A DNA stretch of 64,000 nucleotides from an uncultured Clostridia bacterium (GTDB taxonomy: Bacteria > Bacillota > Clostridia > Christensenellales > Pumilibacteraceae). Location of the stretch: NCBI GenBank assembly GCA_947175195.1, contig CAMWLQ010000006.1:664-64663 (forward strand), read 5' to 3'. Position numbers and translations under genes: made by a program. The notes under the pieces are model-generated. The model was not told where the DNA came from and did not search any database. It was given only the letters and a program-made list of their open reading frames with translations. Positions 26,478-35,452 of this stretch are shown in pieces (within the stretch, counting starts at the first letter, position 1; every line of letters starts with the position of its first letter).

Positions 26478-28146
26478 CAATAAACTGTTAAAGGGTTACG
26501 AGGATATGCGGCTAATCGGTTACGAGGACGCCGCACTCCCCAACACCGTTGCATACGACGAGTTACAGGACAATTACCTTGCCGGCGTGCTTAAAATGAA
26601 CAGGCACAAGGACGGCAAGCTCATTCAAACATACAGCGCTGCGGAAAGCCATGTGGGCGTGATTGCGGCGACGCGCTTGGGCAAAACTACAAGCTACGTC
26701 ATACCCACTATTGTGTCGTTTGCGCAGCAAAAGGTAAAGCGCAGCATGATAATATCCGACCCCAAGGGCGAGCTGTATAAAAGTACGTCGGAGTCGCTGC
26801 GCAACCAGGGCTACGACGTAAAGCTGCTCAACTTTCGCGACTACTTGCACAGCGAGTGCTGGAACATGCTCACGCCCATATACCGCAAGTACCAAAAGGC
26901 GATAGCCATTGCCGACGAGGCGGAGGTCGTAATCGACGGCGAGGAGCTTAAGCACAAGTTTTACGGACGGCTGTACACCGACTTTGCCGAGCTGCAACGC
27001 CAAATAGAGTACTACACCGATATGATGATGGACGAGGTGGGCAACGACATAGACATGCTTTGCTCAATGTTCATCACCACGGAAAAGCTGCAAGATCCGT
27101 ACTGGGAGGACAGCGCGCGCGAGCTGCTCAAGGCGTTTTTGTGGGCGATGCTGGAGGACAGCGGCAAGGAGGCTCACGCCACGCGAATCACCGAGGAAAC
27201 GTTCTCGTTCAGCACCATACTCACCATACTCGCGCAGTTCAAGGACGACAACGGCTCGCAATACAACGACAGCGGATATTTCTCCGCGCGCAAACCTACG
27301 TCGCGCGCATTGCAGCTTGCCAAGAACAACCTTTTGGAGAATGCAAGCAACACCCGCAAATGTATTGTCGCCACGTTCAACACCAAAATGGCTGTGTTCA
27401 GGGAGTGCGCCATGCGGCTGATTACCCGTTGCAACTCGTTTAATTTGGAAACAATTTGCGACAAGCCGACGGCGGTGTTTATAGACTACCGCGACGAGGT
27501 AAAGGTGCATTACCAAGTAATAAGCCTGTTCGTGCAAAACGCGTATAGGTTTTTGATAGATAAAGCCAATGCGTCGGGCAAAGGCAGGCTGGACGTGCCC
27601 TTCTACTTTATACTGGACGAGTTCGGCAACTTCCCCGCAATGCGCGACTTTGAAACGACCATATCGGCATGCGCTGGTCGCAACATATTCTTCATACTCA
27701 TATTCCAGTCGTATGCGCAACTCAACAAGGTGTACGGCGCGGACGTTGCGGAAATCATACGCGACAACCTGAACATGCACGTGTTTTTCGGCTCGAATAA
27801 CCCCGCAACGCTGCGCGCGTTTTCGGAGGAGTGCGGGGAGTACGCAAGGATTTCGCCGCTGTCCGCGCTCAACGGCAAAAGCGACGATATGGAAATGTAC
27901 AGCATAGAAACCATTCCGCTCGTCACCAAAAGTCGGCTTTCGCACTTCGCGCCGGGCGAGTGCATAATAACCGAGGCTAATTCGGGCTACGTAATGTTTT
28001 CCAAGCTGGAACGGTATTACGAATGTGCCGAGTTTTCCGATTTGCCTACTGCGGCGGAAACGGACTATATTTGCGACGTAAATCCGTTCGATAGAAAATA
28101 CGTTTACGAGGTAAAATTCAAGCGCAAGAGTATGTACGATTTTTAG
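26467..28146 (+). CDS. VirD4/TraG-like (type IV coupling protein family) ATPase without TM anchor
   Basis: GVIAATRLGKTTSYVIPT (Walker A), PFYFILDEFGNFP (Walker B), IFFILIFQSYAQLNKVYG. Overlaps the upstream stop by 11 nt. SD GGAGGTG. Confidence 0.75.
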   Translation: MKYSNKLLKGYEDMRLIGYEDAALPNTVAYDELQDNYLAGVLKMNRHKDGKLIQTYSAAESHVGVIAATRLGKTTSYVIPTIVSFAQQKVKRSMIISDPKGELYKSTSESLRNQGYDVKLLNFRDYLHSECWNMLTPIYRKYQKAIAIADEAEVVIDGEELKHKFYGRLYTDFAELQRQIEYYTDMMMDEVGNDIDMLCSMFITTEKLQDPYWEDSARELLKAFLWAMLEDSGKEAHATRITEETFSFSTILTILAQFKDDNGSQYNDSGYFSARKPTSRALQLAKNNLLENASNTRKCIVATFNTKMAVFRECAMRLITRCNSFNLETICDKPTAVFIDYRDEVKVHYQVISLFVQNAYRFLIDKANASGKGRLDVPFYFILDEFGNFPAMRDFETTISACAGRNIFFILIFQSYAQLNKVYGADVAEIIRDNLNMHVFFGSNNPATLRAFSEECGEYARISPLSALNGKSDDMEMYSIETIPLVTKSRLSHFAPGECIITEANSGYVMFSKLERYYECAEFSDLPTAAETDYICDVNPFDRKYVYEVKFKRKSMYDF

Positions 28147-28192
28147 CTAATATTTGACCAAAGCAAAGATTGCAAAGGGATTTATAAGGGGC

Positions 28193-28232
28193 GCAAAAAG
28201 TCTTCGGTTTTTCGAAGGCTTTTTGCTTTTTG
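28193..28232 (+). terminator. intrinsic terminator of the clpP-like operon
   Basis: GCAAAAAGTCTTCG / CGAAGGCTTTTTGC stem followed by TTTTT. Confidence 0.75.
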
Positions 28233-28292
28233 CATAATTTATAAGGAAAAGATAAATACCATACGTAACGATTAATCTTTAAGGAGAATTAT

Positions 28293-28991
28293 ATGTTCGG
28301 GATCAAACCTATATATTGGGTGCTTATCAATTCGACGGTCGCGTTTGTGTATTTGTTCATCATATCCAAGCTGTTGGGCAAAAAGCAAATCGCGCAACTC
28401 GAATTTATTGACTACACCATCGGAATTTCGCTCGGCTCGATTGCCGCCGAAATGACGTTCAGTCAGGAAGTGCCGTTCTATATTTTTCTTATAGCAATGA
28501 CTATATTCTTTGTGTTGGCAATGGCGGTTACGCTGCTGGGGCGCAAGTGCACATTCCTGAAACGCTGGATCAAGGGCAAGCCCGCCACGCTGATATACGA
28601 GGGCAAGATAGATTATAAGCAGCTGAAAAAGAACAATATCGACGTCAACGATTTGCTGTCCATGCTGCGCGAAAAGAATTATTTTGATATATCGGACGTC
28701 GCGTATGCCGTGTTCGAGCCGAGCGGCGAATTGTCGGTCATGCCGGTCGGCGCGCAAAAACCGGTCGTTATGGAGGATTTGGACGAGAGCAAAATAAAAA
28801 AGGCGTCGCTCACCGACGTGCTTATCGTAGACGGCGCGGTGTCGTATTCAGGATTGAACGAAATAAAAAAGAACACCAACTGGCTGTTCTCTCGACTTAA
28901 CATAAAGAACAAGGACGACCTTGATAAAATAATCCTCGCCGTGTACGACGACGAAACGGACGAGTTTAACGTTCATTACAAAAACGATTAA
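28293..28991 (+). CDS. DUF421 (YetF-like) membrane protein
   Basis: N-terminal TM helices. LLGKKQIAQLEFIDYTIGISLGSIAA. C-terminal ...DISDVAYAVFEPSGELSV. Confidence 0.65.
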   Translation: MFGIKPIYWVLINSTVAFVYLFIISKLLGKKQIAQLEFIDYTIGISLGSIAAEMTFSQEVPFYIFLIAMTIFFVLAMAVTLLGRKCTFLKRWIKGKPATLIYEGKIDYKQLKKNNIDVNDLLSMLREKNYFDISDVAYAVFEPSGELSVMPVGAQKPVVMEDLDESKIKKASLTDVLIVDGAVSYSGLNEIKKNTNWLFSRLNIKNKDDLDKIILAVYDDETDEFNVHYKND

Positions 28992-29015
28992 AATCCGTAT
29001 ATCCTATTATATATA

Positions 29016-29054
29016 AACCGTGCAAAACAGTATTGCCTTTTGCACGGTTTTGTT
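29016..29054 (+). terminator. intrinsic terminator
   Basis: AACCGTGCAAAA / TTTTGCACGGTT stem followed by a T-run. Confidence 0.7.
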
Positions 29055-29153
29055 GTATTATATAATTATGTTCGGCGATATAATTCGAGGTATCGGCGAC
29101 GACCAGTCAAGCGATTGGGCGCAACGGCATACATTTAATACAACGGTGAAAAA

Positions 29154-29624
29154 ATGAAGATAGTATTTTTGGATATAGACGGCGTGCTTAATTCGCGCGA
29201 GTACGACCGAGTTCGCGACAAATCAAAGCTGACCAATATAGACGAAACGCGTATTCCGTTTGTCAAACAAATCGTGGAGCAAACGGGCGCGGTTATCGTG
29301 CTCAGCTCGACCTGGCGCACGCACTGGAACAGTGACAGGAACAAGTGCGACGAGGACGGTTTGTATATTATCGATTTGTTCGGCAAGTACGGTGTGGAAA
29401 TATACGACAAAACGCCCGACTTGGGATATTTTGCCGACCGCCCCGACGAAATCAAGCAATACCTAATCGAGCTGGGCGAGGATGTAGAAAGCTTTGTCAT
29501 TATCGACGATTATCTATACGGCTGGGGTGACCTTAGCGATAGGTTTGTAAGGACCGACCCGTACCGTTCGCTCGGCATAGATTCCGACGTTGTCACCCAA
29601 GCCGTGAGGATTTTAAATAACTAA
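29154..29624 (+). CDS. small HAD-like phosphatase-fold protein
   Basis: KIVFLDIDGVLNS (DxDGV motif I). Confidence 0.55.
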   Translation: MKIVFLDIDGVLNSREYDRVRDKSKLTNIDETRIPFVKQIVEQTGAVIVLSSTWRTHWNSDRNKCDEDGLYIIDLFGKYGVEIYDKTPDLGYFADRPDEIKQYLIELGEDVESFVIIDDYLYGWGDLSDRFVRTDPYRSLGIDSDVVTQAVRILNN

Positions 29625-29639
29625 GACCGAATTAAAATG

Positions 29640-29668
29640 TTGACAAAATTCGCGCGCTGTTGTACAAT
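29640..29668 (+). promoter_or_regulatory. promoter TTGACA-17-TACAAT, near-leaderless
   Basis: -10 ends 9 nt before the ATG at 29678. No SD. Confidence 0.6.
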
Positions 29669-29677
29669 CAGTAAGAT

Positions 29678-31372
29678 ATGAAAAACTACTATCAAATTTT
29701 AGGCGTAAAGCCGACGGCGACGGAGGCGGAGATAAAAAGCAGCTACCGCGTCCTCGCCAAAAAATATCATCCCGACGTCAATCCCGATGACGCGTCGGCG
29801 GCAAGCAAGTTTGCTGACATAAACGAGGCAAACGCGGTTTTGTCCGACCCGCAAGCGCGTGCGGAATACGACGCCAAGCTGCGCGAGGCGGCTGCGCCGC
29901 ATCCCAGTCAGGAGGAGATTATCGCACGCCAGCGCGCTCAAGCCCAAGAGGCGGCGCGGCAGGCTGCGTTCCGCAACATGAATATGAACATGGGCGGACG
30001 GCGTGACGCCGCGACCATGGCGCGTATGCGCGCGCAAGCACAGGCCCAGGCGCAAGCGAACATGGCGCAGGCACAAATACAAGCGTTGGTCAACCAAGCG
30101 TATCAGCAGGGCGTGACCGAGGCGCGCGCCCAGCTCGACGCGGAAATCAAAAAGCTGAAGGCGGCGCTTGCAACCGCGGTAGCTGAGAATAAAAAAATTA
30201 AGGCGCTCGAGGACAGCGAGACGGAGCTAAAGCGCAAGCTGCGCGACTCCGAGGAAGATAGGCGCGATTTGGAGCAGGAGCTGTTCAACCGCGACCGCGA
30301 GGCGACTCTCGCCAACACGCGTATAAAGGAATTGGAGGAGGCGCTCTCCGAGCAGGGCGGCAATGCGGCAAAGCGCGCCCGCAACGAAAACTCGGAGCTC
30401 AAAGCCGAGCTCGACAAAGCCAAAAAGACGATAAAAGAGCTTGAACGCGAAAAGTCCGCTATCCAAGCCGAAAAGGAAAAGATAGAAAAGGAAAAATCGG
30501 AGCTTTCCGATAATGTGAGCAAGCTGGAACGCGACAACAAGCAGTACGACCTGAAAAACTCGGCACAAATACGTTTGCAGCAGGATAAGCGCAGGCAGTT
30601 ACAGGACGAGATAGACGGGCTCAACAAAAAGATAGATGAGCTTACAGCCGAGCTGGAGGCGGTGCGTGCCGAAAACGAACAGTGGCAGCAGTACGCCAAG
30701 AGCGAGGAGTTCCTGTCCGACGCCGAAAAGCGTATAGAGGCGTGGACCAAAAAGACCAATGCCGATAAACGCCTTGCCAAGCCCACGCTGTACGGTGATT
30801 TGGGCGTGCTCATTTGGGCGACCGACGAGGAAATCACCGAAACTTACAACAAGCTGCACAAGCGTTATTCGGGCAAGACGGGCGACGCGATAGTAGCCAA
30901 GCTGCAAAAGGTTGAGGCGGCGTATGTCGTACTCGGCGATCCCGACAAGCGCAGGGAATACAACGCGAGCATAAATATTACCGAGGAACGCGTCGAGGCG
31001 GAGCGCAAGCTCATTGCCGAAAACGAGAGCATAATGGAAGAATACCGCAATCAGCTTGCCACCAAAGAGTTTTGGCAAAGGTTTGACGAGCTGACCGCCG
31101 CGGCAATGGAAGGCGACGCCGAATCGCAGTACACTCTCGGCACGATTTACTATTCGGGCGAGGATATTGACATCGACTACGAGCAAGCGTATTTTTGGTT
31201 TAAAGAGGCGGCAAAGCAAAAGCACGCCGACGCAATGTACTACTTGGGTATGTGCTACCTTAACGGTCACGGCACGGAAAAGAACGAAACCAACGGTCAA
31301 GGCTTTATCCGCCAAGCCGCCAAGTTAGGCTCCAAGCCCGCTCAAAAAGCGGTGAAAAAGCAAGGGCAATAG
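29678..31372 (+). CDS. J-domain protein with long coiled coil, a second HPD-less J-like domain and C-terminal Sel1 repeats
   Basis: [32 protein letters not shown]. Second J-like domain [33 protein letters not shown]...[11 protein letters not shown]. Sel1 repeats [55 protein letters not shown]. Confidence 0.75.
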   Translation: MKNYYQILGVKPTATEAEIKSSYRVLAKKYHPDVNPDDASAASKFADINEANAVLSDPQARAEYDAKLREAAAPHPSQEEIIARQRAQAQEAARQAAFRNMNMNMGGRRDAATMARMRAQAQAQAQANMAQAQIQALVNQAYQQGVTEARAQLDAEIKKLKAALATAVAENKKIKALEDSETELKRKLRDSEEDRRDLEQELFNRDREATLANTRIKELEEALSEQGGNAAKRARNENSELKAELDKAKKTIKELEREKSAIQAEKEKIEKEKSELSDNVSKLERDNKQYDLKNSAQIRLQQDKRRQLQDEIDGLNKKIDELTAELEAVRAENEQWQQYAKSEEFLSDAEKRIEAWTKKTNADKRLAKPTLYGDLGVLIWATDEEITETYNKLHKRYSGKTGDAIVAKLQKVEAAYVVLGDPDKRREYNASINITEERVEAERKLIAENESIMEEYRNQLATKEFWQRFDELTAAAMEGDAESQYTLGTIYYSGEDIDIDYEQAYFWFKEAAKQKHADAMYYLGMCYLNGHGTEKNETNGQGFIRQAAKLGSKPAQKAVKKQGQ

Positions 31373-31384
31373 AACACGAAATTC

Positions 31385-31412
31385 AAAAGGGACGGCATGT
31401 GCCGTCCCTTTT
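31385..31412. terminator. bidirectional intrinsic terminator
   Basis: AAAAGGGACGGCA / TGCCGTCCCTTTT between convergent genes. Confidence 0.75.
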
Positions 31413-31436
31413 GATTGAGCATAAATTACTGTACGT

Positions 31437-32051
31437 TTACCGTGGGAAATAAATTAACAGCGAGCCGTGCTTTACGCTTATTTTGGCGGGCTTGTCTGTT
31501 GTGGCGTTGGACACGCCCAAAGGAAAGTCGGGCGTAAGCTCCACGTCGTCGAGGATATAGCTTAGGTTTTTATACGTCACGCCGCTTGCCGAGCCGCCGT
31601 ATGCGAATACGGACACGGTGCCGTGCGCGGCTTTGGGTAGCGTTATAGCCGAATCGGTTATTACTGTTGCAACGGCGTCCTTGTCAATCAAATACCCGCG
31701 CGCGTCGTATGCGTTAAGATACGCAAGCGTGGCTATGTTGGCATACGTATGGTCGGGGCGCCCGCCCGTGCCGCCGTACAGCACAAATGTTTTATACCCG
31801 CGCCTAAGCCCCAGCTTGACGGCGGCGAGCATGTCCGTATCGTCCTTGTCGCGGTTGAGCTTAATCACATGCGCGGCGGCGGTCGGCACGCTGCCCGAAT
31901 CGAAATCGCCGATTACTACGTTGGGCTCGAGCCCCGCTTGGGTTGCGGTGGCGTACCCGCCGTCGGCGGCTATTATAAGGTCGTCCTTGCCGAAACGCTT
32001 GCGCGGCGAGTGTACTTCGCCCGCACCGAAAATCACACACAGTTTTTCCAT
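31437..32051 (-). CDS. thiN: thiamine pyrophosphokinase
   Basis: IFGAGE...LIIAADGGY...VVIGDFDSG...DKDDTDMLAAVKL...LYGGTGGRPDHTYANI. Confidence 0.75.
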   Translation of the reverse strand: MEKLCVIFGAGEVHSPRKRFGKDDLIIAADGGYATATQAGLEPNVVIGDFDSGSVPTAAAHVIKLNRDKDDTDMLAAVKLGLRRGYKTFVLYGGTGGRPDHTYANIATLAYLNAYDARGYLIDKDAVATVITDSAITLPKAAHGTVSVFAYGGSASGVTYKNLSYILDDVELTPDFPLGVSNATTDKPAKISVKHGSLLIYFPR

Positions 32052-32057
32052 ATTGCT

Positions 32058-32086
32058 ATTTTACCATTATTCGAGCAAAAAATCAA
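32058..32086 (-). promoter_or_regulatory. promoter TTGATT-17-TAAAAT (minus strand), leaderless arrangement for thiN
   Basis: -10 ends 6 nt before the thiN ATG. Lies back to back with the plus-strand promoter at 32088-32116. Confidence 0.55.
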
Positions 32087-32087
32087 C

Positions 32088-32116
32088 TTTACATTGTCAA
32101 GCGAATGATATATAAT
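32088..32116 (+). promoter_or_regulatory. promoter TTTACA-17-TATAAT for the DJ-1 family gene
   Basis: Hexamers counted by hand. Leader of about 140 nt with two small hairpins. Confidence 0.5.
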
Positions 32117-32262
32117 AGTATTGCACAAGCAACTTGCGCGCCTGTATCGAGAGCCTTCTCTCGAATCAAAACGTAAACGTTTTGAGTGCAGCTATTGTTA
32201 CGCGGCGCAAATTTGCTTGTTAAATAATAGTGATAGCAAATACATAAATTTTAGGAGTTACT

Positions 32263-32811
32263 ATGTCAAAGGTTTACGCTATGATTGCCGACGGCACGGA
32301 GGAGGTGGAGTGCCTCGCCGTTGTGGACTTGCTCCGCCGCGCGGGTATCGATACCGCGCTTGTATCGGTAGACGGCAAGCAAATTGTCGGGTCGCACAAA
32401 ATAAACGTTCAGGCGGACTTAATAGTCGGGCAAGTCGACCTTACCGCCGCGGATTTGATTTTCCTGCCCGGGGGAATGCCGGGGTCGGAGCACCTTGCGG
32501 CATGTGCGTCGCTGATGTCGGCGATAGATAAGCAAATTAAATCGGGCAAGCGCGTCGCGGCTATTTGCGCGGCGCCTGCGGTAGTGCTGGGCGCAAACGG
32601 GTATTTGCGCGGCAAAAAGGCTACGTGCTATCCGGGGTTTGAAGGCGACTGCACGGGCGCGACCGTAGATATTGCCGCGCGGGTCGTCACCGACGGCAAC
32701 ATAACCACGGCGCGCGGACTGGGCTGCGCCGTCGATTTGGGATTGGAGCTTATCCGCCTGCTCGTGGGCGACGGCGTGGCGCAAAAGGTCAAATCGGCAA
32801 TACAGTATTAA
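32263..32811 (+). CDS. DJ-1/PfpI (ThiJ-like) family protein
   Basis: KVYAMIADGTEEVECLAVVDLLRRAGI ... AAICAAPAVVLGANG (nucleophile elbow Cys). Confidence 0.8.
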   Translation: MSKVYAMIADGTEEVECLAVVDLLRRAGIDTALVSVDGKQIVGSHKINVQADLIVGQVDLTAADLIFLPGGMPGSEHLAACASLMSAIDKQIKSGKRVAAICAAPAVVLGANGYLRGKKATCYPGFEGDCTGATVDIAARVVTDGNITTARGLGCAVDLGLELIRLLVGDGVAQKVKSAIQY

Positions 32812-32820
32812 TTCGGAATT
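32810..32820 (+). repeat. AATTCGGAATT motif, 1 unit, overlapping the stop codon
   Basis: Same motif recurs at 42607, 51554 (minus strand) and 54421. Confidence 0.6.
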
Positions 32821-32900
32821 ACAAAAGGGTTGCAATTTGGCTGCCTTTATGGTAAAATATTGATAGTGACGTTGCATAGTTATGTAATATCGAGGTTATT

Positions 32901-33959
32901 ATGGCAAAAAACAACAATCAACAAAACGGGCTTTCTCCCACTGATTTCTTGGCGAAAAAGTATTTCGATCAAGCGGAACGGCATTTTACGGGCGACGGAG
33001 TGCCCGTCGACTTTAAAAAAGCGGTAGACGGCTATACGCAAAGCGCCAAGCTCGGCTACGCGCCCGCCATATTCTCGCTGGGTGTGTGCTACATACGCGG
33101 CTTGGGCGTGGCAAACGACGAAAAAAAGGCTTATGATTTGATTAAGCAAGCCGCGGACATGGGCAATATCGACGCGCAGTTCACGCTCGGGCATTTCTAC
33201 TTTGACGGTTCGGTAGTGGAGCGCGATTACGGCAAAGCGGTGGAAATATTCCAAGCCGCTGCCGACCAAGACCATCCCGGCGGACTTAACGATCTCGGTT
33301 TTTGCTACCAGCGCGGGCTGGGCGTGGAAATCGACTTGGAAAAGGCGTTCGACTGCTATATGCGTGCGGCGGAACAGGATTTTGCCGCGGCGCAAAACAA
33401 CGTGGGCGACTGCTACAACTTTGGGCGCGGCGTAAAAGCGGACGGCGAAAAGGCGTACCTTTACTATTACCGTGCGGCGCAAAACGGATATTCGATTGCG
33501 CAAAACAACGTGGGCATGTGTTATCTCAACGGCAGGGGCGTAAAAATCGATTTTGCCCAAGCCGTGCATTGGTTTGAGCAGGCGGGCAAATCGGGCAACC
33601 CCGTAGCCGTTGCCAACCTCGGATTTTGCTACGAAACGGGCAGGGGACTGGAAAAGAACGCGGAAAAAGCCGTGCAGCTGTACACCATAGCTGCCGATGC
33701 GGACAGCGCACCCGGTCAGTACAATCTTGCCAAATGCCTGCGCGACGGCGTGGGTATAAAGGTGGACGAGTCGCGCGCGTTTTCGCTGTTCAAGCGTTCG
33801 GCGGAACAGGGCTTTCCCGTCGCATACGCCGACCTTGCCGACTGCTATACGCGCGGCATTGGCGTAAAAGCGGACAAAGAGCTTGCCCAAAGATACCAAA
33901 AGCTTGCCGAGGAGGCGGGCTATCCCAATTCCACAGCAAAGCCTGCGACCGACAAGTAA
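32901..33959 (+). CDS. Sel1-like repeat (SLR/TPR-family) protein
   Basis: About 8 tandem ~36-aa repeats of the type A..W...AA.QG...AQ..LG.CY..G.GV..D..KA. Confidence 0.8.
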   Translation: MAKNNNQQNGLSPTDFLAKKYFDQAERHFTGDGVPVDFKKAVDGYTQSAKLGYAPAIFSLGVCYIRGLGVANDEKKAYDLIKQAADMGNIDAQFTLGHFYFDGSVVERDYGKAVEIFQAAADQDHPGGLNDLGFCYQRGLGVEIDLEKAFDCYMRAAEQDFAAAQNNVGDCYNFGRGVKADGEKAYLYYYRAAQNGYSIAQNNVGMCYLNGRGVKIDFAQAVHWFEQAGKSGNPVAVANLGFCYETGRGLEKNAEKAVQLYTIAADADSAPGQYNLAKCLRDGVGIKVDESRAFSLFKRSAEQGFPVAYADLADCYTRGIGVKADKELAQRYQKLAEEAGYPNSTAKPATDK

Positions 33960-33998
33960 GCAAGCAATAATATATGTTATAACTTACACTACAAAAAC

Positions 33999-34029
33999 CG
34001 CGACGGCGTATTGCCGTCGTGTTTTTTTG
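33999..34029 (+). terminator. intrinsic terminator
   Basis: CGACGGC / GCCGTCG stem followed by T7. Confidence 0.7.
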
Positions 34030-34141
34030 CCGTAAAAAAGGTCGATGACGCGCCACTTTGCGCGCTTTGCTTGACTAATCGACAAGTATGTGGTAATATG
34101 TAAACGGTGTGACTTAAAATTGTCACAAAAAGTGGAATTGT

Positions 34142-35452
34142 ATGACAAAAAAGGCAAAAAAGCAAATAATAAATATAGCGGTGCTTGTCATTTTGATAGG
34201 CGTTACGTTTACCGTGCTTTTTGTCAGTCAGGACATCAACATACATGACATAGGCGATTTCCTGTACAACTGCAATCCCTGGTACATTGTGGGCGCGTTC
34301 GGCGGAATGCTCGGCTACATTATGTTCGAGGCGGTAAGCCTGCACATAATAGCGCGCAAGCTGGGACACAAAAGCAAATTCACGTCGTCGATTGCGTACT
34401 CCACAAGCGACTTGTACTATTCGGCAATCACGCCGTCGGCAAGCGGCGGACAACCCGCCTCAGCATTCTATATGATGCGCGACGGCATGAGTGGCGGAAC
34501 GGCGGGCTTTACCGTCCTGTTCAATATAATATCGTATACCGCGGCTACAATACTTGTGGGGCTGTTCGGAATTATCGCATGCCCCGGCATGTTCGGGCAA
34601 ATAGGGCACTGGCTTGCAAAGACGCTTGTTATAGTCGGGTTTGTAATTCAGCTTGCACTGCTTGCGCTGTTGCTGCTTTGCTTGTTCCGCGCTCGCGTAA
34701 TACTCAAAATAGGCAACTGGGGCATAACGCTGCTCTCCAAAATGCATATCGTAAAAAAGACGGACAAGTGGCGGGGCAAGCTGGACGGCGTTGTCACAAA
34801 GTATCGTGCTTGCCGTACCGTAATAAAAAAGCACCCTATGCTGTTTATAAACGCGCTGATACTGAACACTGCGCAGCGCGTGTCGCAAACGCTCATTCCC
34901 TGCTTTGTAATAATGGCGTCGCCGCTGTTCGGCGAGGTGGACGTAACGTTTTTGGAGCTGTTTTGCATGCAGGCGTACGTCATGATAGGGTACAACTCCA
35001 TACCGCTGCCCGGCGGCACGGGCGTATACGAATATTTGTATCCCAACGTATTCGGCATAGGCTTTCCCGACATGACGTTTGTGCTTTCGGCAATGATGGT
35101 GTCGCGTGCGATTTCCTTCTATATAAGCATGGTCGTCACGGGACTGTACACGCTGGTGTATCACGCGATAGGCATCAAAAAGATTAAAAGCGAAGGCGGC
35201 ACGCCGCCCGATATACCCGACGACGTGGACGTGTATTCCGCGCTCAACAGCGACGCGGTTATAAAATCGATTGCGGACGAGGAACAAGCCGAGCCGCCCA
35301 AACCCGCCAAAAAGAACAAAAAAACCGCTGCGGCGGAGGAGTCAGCCGAACAATCGGCGCAAACCCAATCGGAAACAACTGCCGAACAATCGGCGCAAAT
35401 TCAATCGGACGAACAACCAAAGGATGATTATTCGGATGACGGAAACAACTGA
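34142..35452 (+). CDS. LPG-synthase-TM / flippase-like (UPF0104) membrane protein with low-complexity C-terminal tail
   Basis: Multi-TM. SIAYSTSDLYYSAITPSASGGQPA. Tail carries a 36-nt tandem duplication (AEQSAQTQS/AEQSAQIQS). Confidence 0.65.
   Translation: MTKKAKKQIINIAVLVILIGVTFTVLFVSQDINIHDIGDFLYNCNPWYIVGAFGGMLGYIMFEAVSLHIIARKLGHKSKFTSSIAYSTSDLYYSAITPSASGGQPASAFYMMRDGMSGGTAGFTVLFNIISYTAATILVGLFGIIACPGMFGQIGHWLAKTLVIVGFVIQLALLALLLLCLFRARVILKIGNWGITLLSKMHIVKKTDKWRGKLDGVVTKYRACRTVIKKHPMLFINALILNTAQRVSQTLIPCFVIMASPLFGEVDVTFLELFCMQAYVMIGYNSIPLPGGTGVYEYLYPNVFGIGFPDMTFVLSAMMVSRAISFYISMVVTGLYTLVYHAIGIKKIKSEGGTPPDIPDDVDVYSALNSDAVIKSIADEEQAEPPKPAKKNKKTAAAEESAEQSAQTQSETTAEQSAQIQSDEQPKDDYSDDGNN

Noticed and set aside
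25068-26554. Long minus-strand ORFs (470 aa and 327 aa) opposite the 24870-26477 gene
   Set aside because: They are Arg/Ala-rich shadow frames typical of GC-rich coding DNA. They have no SD and no operon logic, whereas the plus-strand gene has AAGGAGG and sits inside a co-directional operon.
22599-28232. Prophage (ClpP-type prohead protease) or integrated conjugative element
   Set aside because: There are no portal, capsid, terminase, integrase, relaxase, VirB4 or pilus genes. Composition matches the surrounding chromosome. The protease is much closer to cellular ClpP motifs than to typical prohead proteases.
32880-33899. 339-aa minus-strand ORF opposite the Sel1-repeat gene. Similar antisense ORFs occur at 14639-15535, 17725-18594, 27064-27945, 34460-35287, 39261-40241, 56903-57937 and 59052-59966.
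   Set aside because: All lie antisense to genes with clear family motifs and have low-complexity Arg/Val/His-rich translations. I treat them as shadow ORFs.
35345-35409. 36-nt in-frame tandem duplication (GCCGAACAATCGGCGCAAAYYCAATCGGA x2) in the C-terminal tail of the flippase-like protein
   Set aside because: It is real but lies in a low-complexity tail. It is most likely neutral slippage and not a functional repeat.
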